Below are positions 1 through 10,200 of a stretch of 64,000 nucleotides of DNA, one piece after another (position 1 is the stretch's first letter; every line of letters starts with the position of its first letter). Source of the stretch: Clostridia bacterium (GTDB taxonomy: Bacteria > Bacillota > Clostridia > Oscillospirales > CAG-272); contig JAGASP010000068.1 in NCBI GenBank assembly GCA_017621695.1, positions 3,858 to 67,857 on the forward strand, given 5' to 3'. The position numbers and the translations under genes were made by a program. The notes under the pieces are model-generated. The model was not told the origin of the DNA, searched no databases, and worked only from the letters and a program-made list of their open reading frames with translations.

Positions 1-2
1 TG

Positions 3-242
3 CCTGCCGAGCATATCATCGGCGAGCATTACCGCTTGGGATCTACCTGTGCTATCTTGTCGAGGAGCTTTTGCAATACTGCTTTGATGGATGATCCGGA
101 CGAGGTTTGCACTGTTTTCCAAAAGGGAATTCGTGAAATACGTGATTTTGAAGAAGAATGTCAATCTTATACGAACTGGCTTTGGAACAACCACTATGAG
201 ATGCAGAAAATTGTTACGACAATTTCGGAGAGTATATCGTGA
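3..242 (+). CDS. 3' end of a gene truncated by the window edge (unknown product)
   Basis: Frame 3 is open from the window edge to TGA at 240-242 (...EHIIGEHYRLGSTCAILSR...TISESIS*). The stop overlaps the GTG start of the next gene (GTGA). No motif recognised. Confidence 0.4.
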   Translation, partial: PAEHIIGEHYRLGSTCAILSRSFCNTALMDDPDEVCTVFQKGIREIRDFEEECQSYTNWLWNNHYEMQKIVTTISESIS

Positions 243-1144
243 AGCTATTGATTACCGGTGCCTGGCACCCTACAGAGAAACAACTGTGTAGCCTTCGGGA
301 GATGGGGCATGAAATCGTATTCATGCCTGATGAGAAAGCTTCTTTGCCGCTTTTGTATGAGGAAGTGGAGGGTGTCATTTGCAACGCCCTGTTTCTCCAC
401 CATCCTATAGGGAAATTTAAAAATCTTTCCTACATACAAGTCACCAGCGCGGGTCTTGACCGCGTGCCCATGGACTATGTGACAGAGAAAGGCATCACCA
501 TCCGCAATGCCCACGGGGTGTACAGCATCCCTATGGCGGAGTATGCGCTTTCCTCGGTGCTGGCGATCTATAAGCAAACCGACCATTTCCGTGTCGCTCA
601 AAACGACCGCCGCTGGGACAAGCATCGCGGCTTGCGAGAGCTGTACGGTAAACGGGTCTGCATCGTAGGGTGTGGGAGCGTGGGATCTGAGTGCGCCAAA
701 CGCTTCGGCGCTATGGGTTGCGAGATCGTGGGTGTGGACGCCTATCCCCGTGAGGATGCGCATTACACCGTCATGCTCCCTGTGGCAGCGTTGAACGACG
801 CTCTGATGACCGCCGATATTGTGGTGCTGACCCTCCCTCTGACTCCCGAGACCCATCATCTGATGGGGCGTGAGCAGTTGGAGCTTCTGCCCGAGGGATG
901 TGTGCTGGTCAATATCGCCCGCGGCGGCGTGATGGATACCGAGGCTCTGATCGGAACGTTGGAAACGCGGAAGGATCTGATCGCGGTGCTGGATGTCTTT
1001 GAGACGGAGCCCCTGCCTCCCGAAAGTCCACTATGGACACTACCCAATGCGGTATTGACACCGCACAATAGCTTTGTGGGGGAAATGAATGAGCAACGCC
1101 TGTTTAATTTGATAGAGGAGAATTTTTTTCATGAATCAAAATAA
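239..1144 (+). CDS. D-isomer-specific 2-hydroxyacid dehydrogenase family protein (NAD-binding)
   Basis: 301 aa. Rossmann motif IVGCGSVGSECA. NIARGG ... VFETEP ... TPHNS gives the Arg/Glu/His pattern of D-2-hydroxyacid dehydrogenases. GTG start overlaps the upstream stop. Confidence 0.85.
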   Translation: MKLLITGAWHPTEKQLCSLREMGHEIVFMPDEKASLPLLYEEVEGVICNALFLHHPIGKFKNLSYIQVTSAGLDRVPMDYVTEKGITIRNAHGVYSIPMAEYALSSVLAIYKQTDHFRVAQNDRRWDKHRGLRELYGKRVCIVGCGSVGSECAKRFGAMGCEIVGVDAYPREDAHYTVMLPVAALNDALMTADIVVLTLPLTPETHHLMGREQLELLPEGCVLVNIARGGVMDTEALIGTLETRKDLIAVLDVFETEPLPPESPLWTLPNAVLTPHNSFVGEMNEQRLFNLIEENFFHESK

Positions 1145-2711
1145 GATCATGGAGCTGGTCAAGGATAACGACTATTTGAAAAACAAGTTGTTTTTTAAAG
1201 GCTTTATTCTGACAGACGATCTCGGTATAGATGGCAGCGGTTATCCTTTTTTTGGAAACTGGATTGTGACGTCCATAGGCTCGCGATATGTTCTCTCCGT
1301 GCACCCAAACCAAACATTCCATGTGAAGACCTTTGGAAATGATCTGACCATAGGCCTTGTGGGACATGCATATAGTCCCACGGACGGCGCTGTCGACGAG
1401 ACGAGTATCTTGGATGATCTGTCTCAAAAATACTTTGAAAGAAAACAGTTTTTTGATGTTGTTAATCAATTGACGGGGTGCTTTTTCTTGTTCGTGGCAG
1501 GAAGGGATAAGGTCGAATTTTTAAGTGATGCTTTGGGACTTTATTCTGTTTTCTATGCCGGTCTGCGAGATCATATCTATATTACCGCGCACTCAAATTT
1601 ATTAGGAGATCTGTTGGGCTTGAATGAGATGCCCTTCGTTACCAAGCTCAAAACCTGCAAAACCTTCAAATATTTTGGCAACCAACTTCCCGGAAATATT
1701 ACCAGGTTTGCCGAGGTCTGGAGATTGAACCCCAATCACTACGGGACGACTGAGGGCGGGAAAGTCCGGCAGCTCCGCTTTTATTGGCCGCATTCACTGG
1801 ATATGAGCAGCGAAGAAATCTGTAGCGAGCTGATCGGGCTTCTGCAGAAAACGGCGGACGCGATCTCGAAAAAATGGAATCGCCCCGCGCTCTCCCTGAC
1901 GGGCGGCTGTGACAGCAAAACGTTTTTAGCGTGTGTCAGCCATCGTTATGAGGATTTTTTGTATTTCAGTTACGATTCACAACCCAATGAATTGCCCGAT
2001 GCCCAAGCGGCAGCATCTATCTGCAAGGCATTGGGGATTCCGCATATTTTTTACAAAATTCCGTATGAGGATGAAGCTTTTGAACAAATCGAAGGAGTCA
2101 AAGACGTTCTGCTATGGAACGGCGGAGATGTGCGCTATAACAATCCAAACGATGTACGTAAGCGGATCTATTTGGATCATGTACACGATTTTGACGTGGA
2201 GATCAAATCTTGGGCATCTGAGGTGGGAAGAGCTCGCTATACGAAACGGTACAATGGAAGACGGCGTTTCGGAAAGAAGCCTACGCCGAGAAAATGCACG
2301 ACCTTTTATAAGTTCCTCTTTTTTAATCGCGTGCTTGTGAACCGTTGTGATCGTGTGTTCAAGGAATATCTGGAGAAGTTTTTTGAGCAGGATAAGGAAA
2401 GACCTATTCCATGGCAGGATCAGTTCTATTGGGAATGGCATTGGCCCAGTCGCGACGGTGTCAATCTGACTTGTGAACAGATCTATTCCAACGATATTAC
2501 AGTTCCCTATAATAATAGGCGCGTGCTGGAGCTCCTATTGAGTGCCTGCGAAGAAGATCGCATCAACGACGTGATCTATACCAAGATCAGAGATCGTCTT
2601 GATCGACGCATAGATCAAGCCTCAATGACGGTTGTTGATGTCAATCACACTAATAAGAGAGCGATTCTTGAGGATTTATACTATATTTTTAATAGACTCC
2701 TTCCGTATTGA
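1131..2711 (+). CDS. Asparagine-synthetase-like PP-loop (ATP pyrophosphatase) protein lacking the N-terminal Cys nucleophile; putative amidoligase for glycan modification
   Basis: 526 aa. GAGGAG RBS lies 10 nt before ATG 1131, and there is a 14-nt overlap with the upstream gene. Central PP-loop-like motif ALSLTGGCDSKT (compare SGGxDS of AsnB). The N-terminal segment LTGCFFLFVAGRDKVEFLSDALGLYSVFY resembles the AsnB glutaminase fold. The protein begins MNQNK, so there is no Cys2. Confidence 0.7.
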   Translation: MNQNKIMELVKDNDYLKNKLFFKGFILTDDLGIDGSGYPFFGNWIVTSIGSRYVLSVHPNQTFHVKTFGNDLTIGLVGHAYSPTDGAVDETSILDDLSQKYFERKQFFDVVNQLTGCFFLFVAGRDKVEFLSDALGLYSVFYAGLRDHIYITAHSNLLGDLLGLNEMPFVTKLKTCKTFKYFGNQLPGNITRFAEVWRLNPNHYGTTEGGKVRQLRFYWPHSLDMSSEEICSELIGLLQKTADAISKKWNRPALSLTGGCDSKTFLACVSHRYEDFLYFSYDSQPNELPDAQAAASICKALGIPHIFYKIPYEDEAFEQIEGVKDVLLWNGGDVRYNNPNDVRKRIYLDHVHDFDVEIKSWASEVGRARYTKRYNGRRRFGKKPTPRKCTTFYKFLFFNRVLVNRCDRVFKEYLEKFFEQDKERPIPWQDQFYWEWHWPSRDGVNLTCEQIYSNDITVPYNNRRVLELLLSACEEDRINDVIYTKIRDRLDRRIDQASMTVVDVNHTNKRAILEDLYYIFNRLLPY

Positions 2712-2733
2712 TCCACAGAAAGGTTGATTTCCA

Positions 2734-3855
2734 TTGAAAAAGGTTCTTTTAGTTGCTACCGTACAAAGTCATATTTGTCAATTTCATCGCCTGCTTGCTG
2801 ATCTTCTCCATGAACATGGATGGGAGGTTCACGTGGCGGCTCGGGACAATTTGATTGAGAAAAACGGGTTGCAATTGGATTTTGCAGATCAGGTTTTTGA
2901 TGTCCCGTTCTCGCGTTCTCCCAAAAGCAGCGATAATCTGAAGGCGTACCGACTGCTGAAGCGTATTGTTTCGGAGGGTTGCTATGATGTGATCCATTGC
3001 AATACGCCTATGGGAGGAATCATCACGCGCCTCGCCGCCCAAAAAGCGCGGAAGCAGGGAACGCAGGTATTTTATACAGCCCACGGATTCCATTTTTATA
3101 AAGGTGCACCAAAGAAAAACTGGTTGTTCTATTATCCTGTGGAAAAATGGTTTTCACGAAAGACTGATAAATTGATTACCATTGTTGACGAGGATTTTCA
3201 GACTGCTTCGAAAAACTTCCATTGTCCTGTATTCAGGATTCACGGTGTCGGGGTTAACGAAAAACGATATTTTCCCGCGAATGAAGAAGCTAAAGCTGCC
3301 TTGAGAGATGAGATGCATTTTGGCCAAGGGCAGAAGATCATTCTTTGTGTCGGAGAGCTTTTGCCGAATAAGAATCATCAGATGGCTATTCGAGCCATGG
3401 TGGAGATCGTGAAGCACTTTCCAGATGCTATGCTCCTGATTGCAGGTAATGGGCCTGAAAAGGAAAAGCTGATTGATTTGATCGCTGCGCTGGATCTTCA
3501 AAAAAACGTCACGCTGTTGGGATATGTGACTAATTTGCAGGATTATCAGAAAGCGGCCGATCTCTTGGTGGCGTGTAGCATTCGTGAGGGGTTGGGCTTG
3601 AATGTCGTGGAGGCTATGATGTCCGGCAACCCTGTTGTGCTGTCCGAAAACAGAGGCCACCGAGAGCTTATAAACGGCGGTAAAAACGGTTACATGGTTG
3701 CTACCAATGACGACAAGCAGATGGCAGAATGTGTAATAAATATTTTTAAAGAAGCAGAAACAGCACGGATTTTTTTTGATAATGCGATTGCCTTTTCAAA
3801 ACAATATAGCTTTGAAGCAGTCAAACAGGAATTGGAGAAAATATATGAAATTTGA
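2734..3855 (+). CDS. Glycosyltransferase, GT-B fold (family 4/1)
   Basis: 373 aa with a TTG start (MKKVLLVATVQ). C-terminal motif REGLGLNVVEAMMSGNPVV is typical of GT4/GT1 transferases. Confidence 0.85.
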   Translation: MKKVLLVATVQSHICQFHRLLADLLHEHGWEVHVAARDNLIEKNGLQLDFADQVFDVPFSRSPKSSDNLKAYRLLKRIVSEGCYDVIHCNTPMGGIITRLAAQKARKQGTQVFYTAHGFHFYKGAPKKNWLFYYPVEKWFSRKTDKLITIVDEDFQTASKNFHCPVFRIHGVGVNEKRYFPANEEAKAALRDEMHFGQGQKIILCVGELLPNKNHQMAIRAMVEIVKHFPDAMLLIAGNGPEKEKLIDLIAALDLQKNVTLLGYVTNLQDYQKAADLLVACSIREGLGLNVVEAMMSGNPVVLSENRGHRELINGGKNGYMVATNDDKQMAECVINIFKEAETARIFFDNAIAFSKQYSFEAVKQELEKIYEI

Positions 3856-4840
3856 CGTTTCGGGGCAACATGCTTTTGAACCGATGGTATCTATTGTTAT
3901 CCCTGTTTATAACGGTAGTAACTATTTGAAAGAGGCTATTGACAGTGCCCTTTCGCAAACCTATGCAAATTTTGAAATTATTGTGGTGAATGATGGCTCG
4001 AGGGATCAGGGAGCTACTCGCGAGGTTGCTCTATCCTACGGCAAGCGAATCCGCTATTTTGAAAAAGAAAACGGAGGCTCCTCGTCTGCCTTGAATATGG
4101 GTATCGCAGCTATGACCGGAGAGTGGTTCTCTTGGCTTAGTCACGATGATCTGTATACACCTGCGAAATTAGAGGAGCAGGTCAAATATCTGGAGAGGCT
4201 TCAGCTTTCGAATGAAGAATTGCCCAACCAGATTCTTTTCGCAGCCTCCGATCTGATCGATGGTCGTGGCCGAACTATTCGTCGTGCGAAGAAAAAAGAT
4301 TGTGAAACGATAGCGCGGTTTCTATGGGCCATGAAGGGTAACGAGTGTCTCATCGCAGAACCAACAAAATATACTTTTCACGGTTGCTCCTGCCTCGTGC
4401 ACAAAAGCGTGTTTAAGACTGTCGGAGTGTTTAATGAAGATCTGCGGCTTTTAAATGACCTTGACCTTTGGTTTCGTATCTATGCGGCGGACTATAAGAT
4501 TCATTATTTGCCCGAGGCATTGGTTAAGGGACGTATTCATGAAAAGCAGGTGTCCAAGACTATTGGATATTCCTACCATAATCCGGAGCAGGAAATGTTT
4601 TGGAAAAGAAGCATGGACTGGCTGATGCTTCATCACCCTGAAAACCGGCAGCTGTTTTTTCTGTATGGCCGCAATGCCTATTTGAAAACGAGAAATGATG
4701 ATGGCGATCGTGCGTTTGCGTACCTCGCTTCTGTCCAACCGTCCCAAAGGGTTAAACTGTTTTTTTTGAAACGAATATACAAGAGTCGTGCGGCCGCACA
4801 CACGCTCATAAAGAAAGTTTATTTGAAACTAAAAACGTAA
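3845..4840 (+). CDS. Glycosyltransferase family 2 (GT-A fold)
   Basis: The ORF track opens at 3776. ATG 3845 (MKFDVSGQ...) gives the usual GT2 N-terminus VSIVIPVYNGSNYLKEAIDSALSQTYANFEIIVVNDGS. There is an 11-nt overlap with the upstream gene. Confidence 0.85.
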   Translation: MKFDVSGQHAFEPMVSIVIPVYNGSNYLKEAIDSALSQTYANFEIIVVNDGSRDQGATREVALSYGKRIRYFEKENGGSSSALNMGIAAMTGEWFSWLSHDDLYTPAKLEEQVKYLERLQLSNEELPNQILFAASDLIDGRGRTIRRAKKKDCETIARFLWAMKGNECLIAEPTKYTFHGCSCLVHKSVFKTVGVFNEDLRLLNDLDLWFRIYAADYKIHYLPEALVKGRIHEKQVSKTIGYSYHNPEQEMFWKRSMDWLMLHHPENRQLFFLYGRNAYLKTRNDDGDRAFAYLASVQPSQRVKLFFLKRIYKSRAAAHTLIKKVYLKLKT

Positions 4841-4857
4841 AGGATGTATCTTATTTC

Positions 4858-5988
4858 ATGATTCCATATGTTCTGCTGATGTTTGTTCCCCTGTTGTTTT
4901 CCTTCATTTCTTTTTCTGCAGCATTTACGGAATACAACGGTAAATGGTCTGTCAGGATCGGAGCGAAAAAAGAAATCCTCGATCATAGCTGTTTAATCCC
5001 AGTGTTTTTCGCCATGTTTATTGCTTTGCTGGCTTTGAGGGATGAAACTATCGGACGAGATTTAGCAAATTATAAGAGTTATTTTAACTATTATTCGTCT
5101 GTTGACATTAAAGAAATATTTAAGGAAAAGGTTGATATCCTATATTGGCTGTTAAATTGGTTGGTTGGGAGATTCACAGATAATTATCAGGTCTTTTTAG
5201 CCATCGTGGCGTTGATCACGGTATTGCCGATGGCTAAGGTCTATAGCGAAGACCGGCAACATGGCTTTTTAAAGATCGTTTTGTTTATGAATATGACGAC
5301 CTTTATCATGGTGTTCTCTGGCTTGAGACAATCTATTGCAATAGCCATGGGGGTTGTCGCATATGAATTTGTAAAAAGAAAAAAGCCGTTTCTGTTCCTT
5401 CTGTTTGCGGCGATCGCGATGGGCTTTCATCACACAGGGTTTATGATACTTTTGCTTTACCCGCTGTATTATATTACTTTTAAAAAAAGGCATTTATGGT
5501 TTGTTATTCCGGGTGTTTTGATGGTGTTTGTTTTTAACAAGCCTATCTTCACTTGGGCGACTAATCTTTTAAATTCATTTTGGAACGGCAGATATAATGT
5601 AACGATCCGAGATACCGGTGCTTATACTACACTGTTTTTGTTTTTCTTATTTGCTGTTTTTGCCTATGTTTTGCCGGATGAACGGAAAATGGATACGGAG
5701 ACGCACGGGCTTCGAAATATTCTGTTGGCAGCTCTTATTTTACAATGTTTTGTACCGGTACATGCACTGGCAATGCGAATGAACTATTATTTTATTATTT
5801 TTATTCCATTATTGATCCCCAAAATTTTAACGAATGTCAAAGACAGTATGCGGGATATAGCAGGAATTGCTAAAGTTGTTTTGGTGGGATTTTTTGTTTT
5901 GTATTACATAATCGATATTTATATACAATGTCAAACCGGAATTACTGCACTGGACACTTATCCCTATATATTCTATTGGGAAAGTTAA
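4858..5988 (+). CDS. EpsG/Wzy-type polysaccharide repeat-unit polymerase (integral membrane)
   Basis: 376 aa with about 10-11 hydrophobic helices and no soluble domain. The overall pattern resembles EpsG-family polymerases. Very AT-rich coding sequence. Confidence 0.7.
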   Translation: MIPYVLLMFVPLLFSFISFSAAFTEYNGKWSVRIGAKKEILDHSCLIPVFFAMFIALLALRDETIGRDLANYKSYFNYYSSVDIKEIFKEKVDILYWLLNWLVGRFTDNYQVFLAIVALITVLPMAKVYSEDRQHGFLKIVLFMNMTTFIMVFSGLRQSIAIAMGVVAYEFVKRKKPFLFLLFAAIAMGFHHTGFMILLLYPLYYITFKKRHLWFVIPGVLMVFVFNKPIFTWATNLLNSFWNGRYNVTIRDTGAYTTLFLFFLFAVFAYVLPDERKMDTETHGLRNILLAALILQCFVPVHALAMRMNYYFIIFIPLLIPKILTNVKDSMRDIAGIAKVVLVGFFVLYYIIDIYIQCQTGITALDTYPYIFYWES

Positions 5989-6013
5989 ATAAAGGAACCG
6001 GAGAGAACAAGCT

Positions 6014-7198
6014 ATGAGGATTGTGCAAATCAATGCGACCTGTGGCATAGGAAGCACAGGAAATATCTGCATGGATATCAGCAAACTGTTAACGGAACGC
6101 GGCGTGGAAAATTATATCTTGTTTAGCGGCCAAACTAACGGATATGACAAAGGCATTCGCTGTGCTGATAAAAAATATATCCGTTGGCAGGCGGGCAAGG
6201 CAAGACTGCTTGGTAATTACGGTTTTAATTCAAAAAGGGCAACGAAACGGATGATCGCAGAGCTGGAACAAATTAAGCCGGACATTGTCCATCTGCATAA
6301 TATCCACGGCCATGATTGCCATTTGAAAATGCTCTTCGAGTATTTTAAGGAAAAAAGGACGAAACTTTATTGGACGTTTCACGATTGCTGGGCTTTTACA
6401 GCGTACTGTCCGCATTTTACCCTTGTCAAATGCGAAAAATGGCAAAACGGTTGCGAAAAATGCCCTCTCTATCGAAACCACAGCTGGGTATTTGATCGAA
6501 GCCGCGTGTTGTACCAAAAGAAAAAATCTTCGTTCACAGGTCTGGACCTGACCATTATTACACCTTCCCAATGGCTGGCAGAGCTTGTAAAACAATCCTT
6601 TTTGAAGGATTATCCCGTGACTGTAATCAATAACGGTATTGATCTGACAGTGTTTTATCCTATGGAAAGTGATTTCCGAGAAAAATATGAAATCCCACAG
6701 AACAAGACGGTGCTTTTGGGCGTGGCATATGGTTGGGATGTTCGCAAAGGCTTGGATGTGTTCGTTGCGCTTTCCCAAAGGCTGGATCCTACGGAATATC
6801 AGATCGTTTTGGTGGGAACCAATGAAAGCATTGATCAAAAACTGCCACCCAATATCATTTCTATTCACCGCACTTTGAACCGTCAGGAGTTGGCAGGTAT
6901 ATATTCCGCTGCGGATCTGTTTATCAATCCCACTCGAGAGGACAATTTCCCAACGGTCAATATAGAATCGCTTGCTTGCGGTACCCCTGTTTTGACCTTT
7001 CATACGGGCGGAAGCCCCGAAAGCATTGACGCCAAAACGGGAGAGGTTCTCCCTGCGGAGGATATCGCGTATTTGAAAAAACGCATTGAAAGCATTCGAA
7101 AGGAAGGTACATATTCCAAAGACGATTGTGTGCGAAGAGCACAGCAGTTTGATAAAAATGTCAAATATCGAGAGTACATGGATGCTTATGGTATTTAG
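6014..7198 (+). CDS. Glycosyltransferase family 4
   Basis: 394 aa. N-terminus MRIVQINATCGIGSTGNI and C-terminal NPTREDNFPTVNIESLACGTPVL motif match GT4 (WcaC/EpsD-like) enzymes. Confidence 0.85.
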   Translation: MRIVQINATCGIGSTGNICMDISKLLTERGVENYILFSGQTNGYDKGIRCADKKYIRWQAGKARLLGNYGFNSKRATKRMIAELEQIKPDIVHLHNIHGHDCHLKMLFEYFKEKRTKLYWTFHDCWAFTAYCPHFTLVKCEKWQNGCEKCPLYRNHSWVFDRSRVLYQKKKSSFTGLDLTIITPSQWLAELVKQSFLKDYPVTVINNGIDLTVFYPMESDFREKYEIPQNKTVLLGVAYGWDVRKGLDVFVALSQRLDPTEYQIVLVGTNESIDQKLPPNIISIHRTLNRQELAGIYSAADLFINPTREDNFPTVNIESLACGTPVLTFHTGGSPESIDAKTGEVLPAEDIAYLKKRIESIRKEGTYSKDDCVRRAQQFDKNVKYREYMDAYGI

Positions 7199-7282
7199 CT
7201 TATTTGTCAAGCCAAAGCTTTCCCCGACCTCGGTCGGTTTACATAGATCGCATCCCCTTAAAAATATGCAAAGGAGAAAAAC

Positions 7283-10200
7283 ATGAAAAATACGAAATTC
7301 ATCAAAGTTATGGCTCTTGTACTTTCGGTCGTTATGCTTTTGGGTATGATTCCCGTGGGCGCATTTGCCGCAGAAACAGAATTTGTATCTGAAACTCACG
7401 ACGTGTTCTCTTCGACCACTTCGACCATTGCCCCCGGCGTAACCCAGAGTATTAACTACGCCTATTCCAAGGACGGCAAGCAGATGGTTTATTACGTAGC
7501 CACTGCTGATGTCACCCGTGATGATGTTGTGGTTCAGACATCCTACAAAGAGCAGTATGTCAACAGCAATTTCGGCATGGAAAAGCTCACCAACCAGATT
7601 GCTTTCGCTGACAAGCTGTACACTGACCCCACGAGCGATCGCTTTATCAGTGAAAATTATAAGGTCGTTGCAGGTGTCAATGCATCCTTCTACAACATGA
7701 CCACCGGTCAGCCCTCCGGCGTGACTTACCTGGACGGCATTCGCATCGGTGAGTCTGCCTCCTACAACCAAATTTTCGCAGTCAAGAAGGATGGTTCTGT
7801 GTATATTGAGTATACCAAGAATCTGGAGGATGCTGACTACGACGAGATCTGGCAGGCTGTCGCAGGCTCTCAAATGCTGGTTTACGAAGGCCGGGATGTT
7901 ACCAAGAACATCAACGGTTCTTATAACACCGATCGCCACAGCCGTACCTGCGTGGGTGTGACTGCCGACGGTAAGGTCGTTGTCATGTCCTTGGATGGCC
8001 GTCAGGAGCCCTTCTCCTGCGGTGGTACTATGCACGAGCTGGCCCAGATCATGCTGGAGCAGGGTTGTGTGACAGCAATCAACCTGGACGGCGGTGGATC
8101 CACCACCTTTGCTGCTCGTCAGGAGGGTGAAAATGACGTTACCATCGTGAACCGTCCCTCCGATGGTTCCGAGCGTTCTATTTCTGCAGGTCTGATCATC
8201 GCCTCCCTGGCAGCACCCTCCGACAAGTTCGACCGTGCTGTTCTGACCGCTGAGAACACCTACGTGACCCCTGGCTCCACCGTGAAGGTCACCGCAGCCG
8301 GTGTTAGCCCTGCCGGTACCGCTGCTCCCATTCCCGAGGATGTGGATTGGCAACTGGCTGACAGCAAGTATGGTACTGTCGAGAACGGCGTGTTCGTTTC
8401 CAACGGCACTGTCGGTGCAGTTGAGATTCAGATGACCTACGGCGGCGCCGTTGTCGGCTCCACCATTGTCAACGTGGTTATTCCTGATACTCTGAAGTTC
8501 AACAACTCCTCCGTCACCGTCCCTTATGGGAAAACTGTCAAGATCGGTCTGACCGCTACCTTTGGTCTGAACGAGGTTGCTCTGAAAGATTCTGATATCG
8601 CCTTCACTTTGAGCAATACCGCTATCGGTAGCTTTGACGGCCTGTCCTTCACTGCCGGTGCTGAGGGTATCGCGGCTTCTACCTCCGAGGTGACCGCAGC
8701 ATTCACCTTTGCTTCCGAGATCACCGCTACCGCTACCCTGAAGCTGGGTAAGGGTTCTCAGGTCATCTTCGACTTCGAGAACGGCACCACCGGCGGTCTG
8801 GTATTCTCCGAACCTGCAGGCACTCAGTACAACTATGTATGGCCTGAAAGCAACCAGTGGGTTGTTACCGCCGAGGAGGGTAAGGTCCACTCCGGCAACT
8901 ATGCTATGAAGGCTTGGGTCAACTACTCCAACTCCTTGGAGTCCGGTTACCAGAAGACCTCTCTGGTCGGCCCCACAGTTCCCATGATATTCGAGAACGC
9001 TACTCGCGTCGGTATGTGGATCTATGTGCCCGAGGAGGCCGTAGGCGTGTGGGCTCGTTGGACCATTCAGGGTGCTACCGAGAAGGATGCCAACGGTGAT
9101 TACAAGTGGTCCGGCGTGACCGGTCAGGATATGGATGATACTGCCGGCGGTACTGGTGTTATCTCCACCTTCCAGGAGTCCGGCTGGCACTACCTGTCCA
9201 TCGACACCTCTGCATACACCGCTATAAGACTGCACTCCGGCGCGATCATGCAGTTCTACATTTCCGACCGTGACGGCTCCGCCTACGGCTACGACGCTTC
9301 CGATTATTCCAACATCACCGGTAACTTCACCTTCTACATCGACGACATTACCATCGACTACTCCGAGGCTGTGGACGACAGAGACGCTCCTAAGTTCTCC
9401 AGCGTTGTCTATGCCGATGAGTTCACCAATGACGCTCCCGAGCTGAATGGTCAGACCACCAAGTCCAACGTTTTGTCCTTCACCGCTACCGTAGCTGATA
9501 AGGTCGCTGCCAACGCAACCGGCCTGAACCCTGCCTCCGCTAAGGCTTATATCGATGGCGTTGCCGTTGACTTCACCTACAGCGACGGCAAGATCGCTAT
9601 CACCGATGTGAAGCTGGCTGACGGTAAGCACACCGTTAAGTTCACCATCTGCGATAATATGGGCAACTACAGCTCCGTGATCCGTGAGATCATCGTGAAC
9701 GCCGGCTCCGATATCGCAACCGTGAAGATGGTTCCTCACGACGCAACTCTGGACCGTATCCTTCACGGCTCTATCTACTACATCGACCTGGTCGCTACCG
9801 ATATTGACACCGCCAAGAGCGTTGCCTTCTCCATCGACCTGGATTCCCTGAGCACCTGGCAGCTGGATCACATGGATCTGGCCGAGGGCTTCACCGCTAC
9901 CTACAGCATCGACGCTGACGACAACATCGCCACCGTCGTGATCACCCGCACCGGCGCCGTTGTGGCCGAGGGCGAGGCTGTTCTGGCTTCCATCCCCGTT
10001 CGCGTCTGGCAGTTGAAGACCGGCTACACCTATCCCAATGGTACTCAGGCCGGTAAGCCCGCATTCACCTCTAAGCAGTTCCGCGACAAGAAGGAGTTCT
10101 GGAGAATCTCCCTGATTGCTGACGTCGAGTTCGGTCAGCTGACCAACCTCGATGACACCACCACATCCTTCACCAGCAACGGTATCTTCGTGGATACTGA

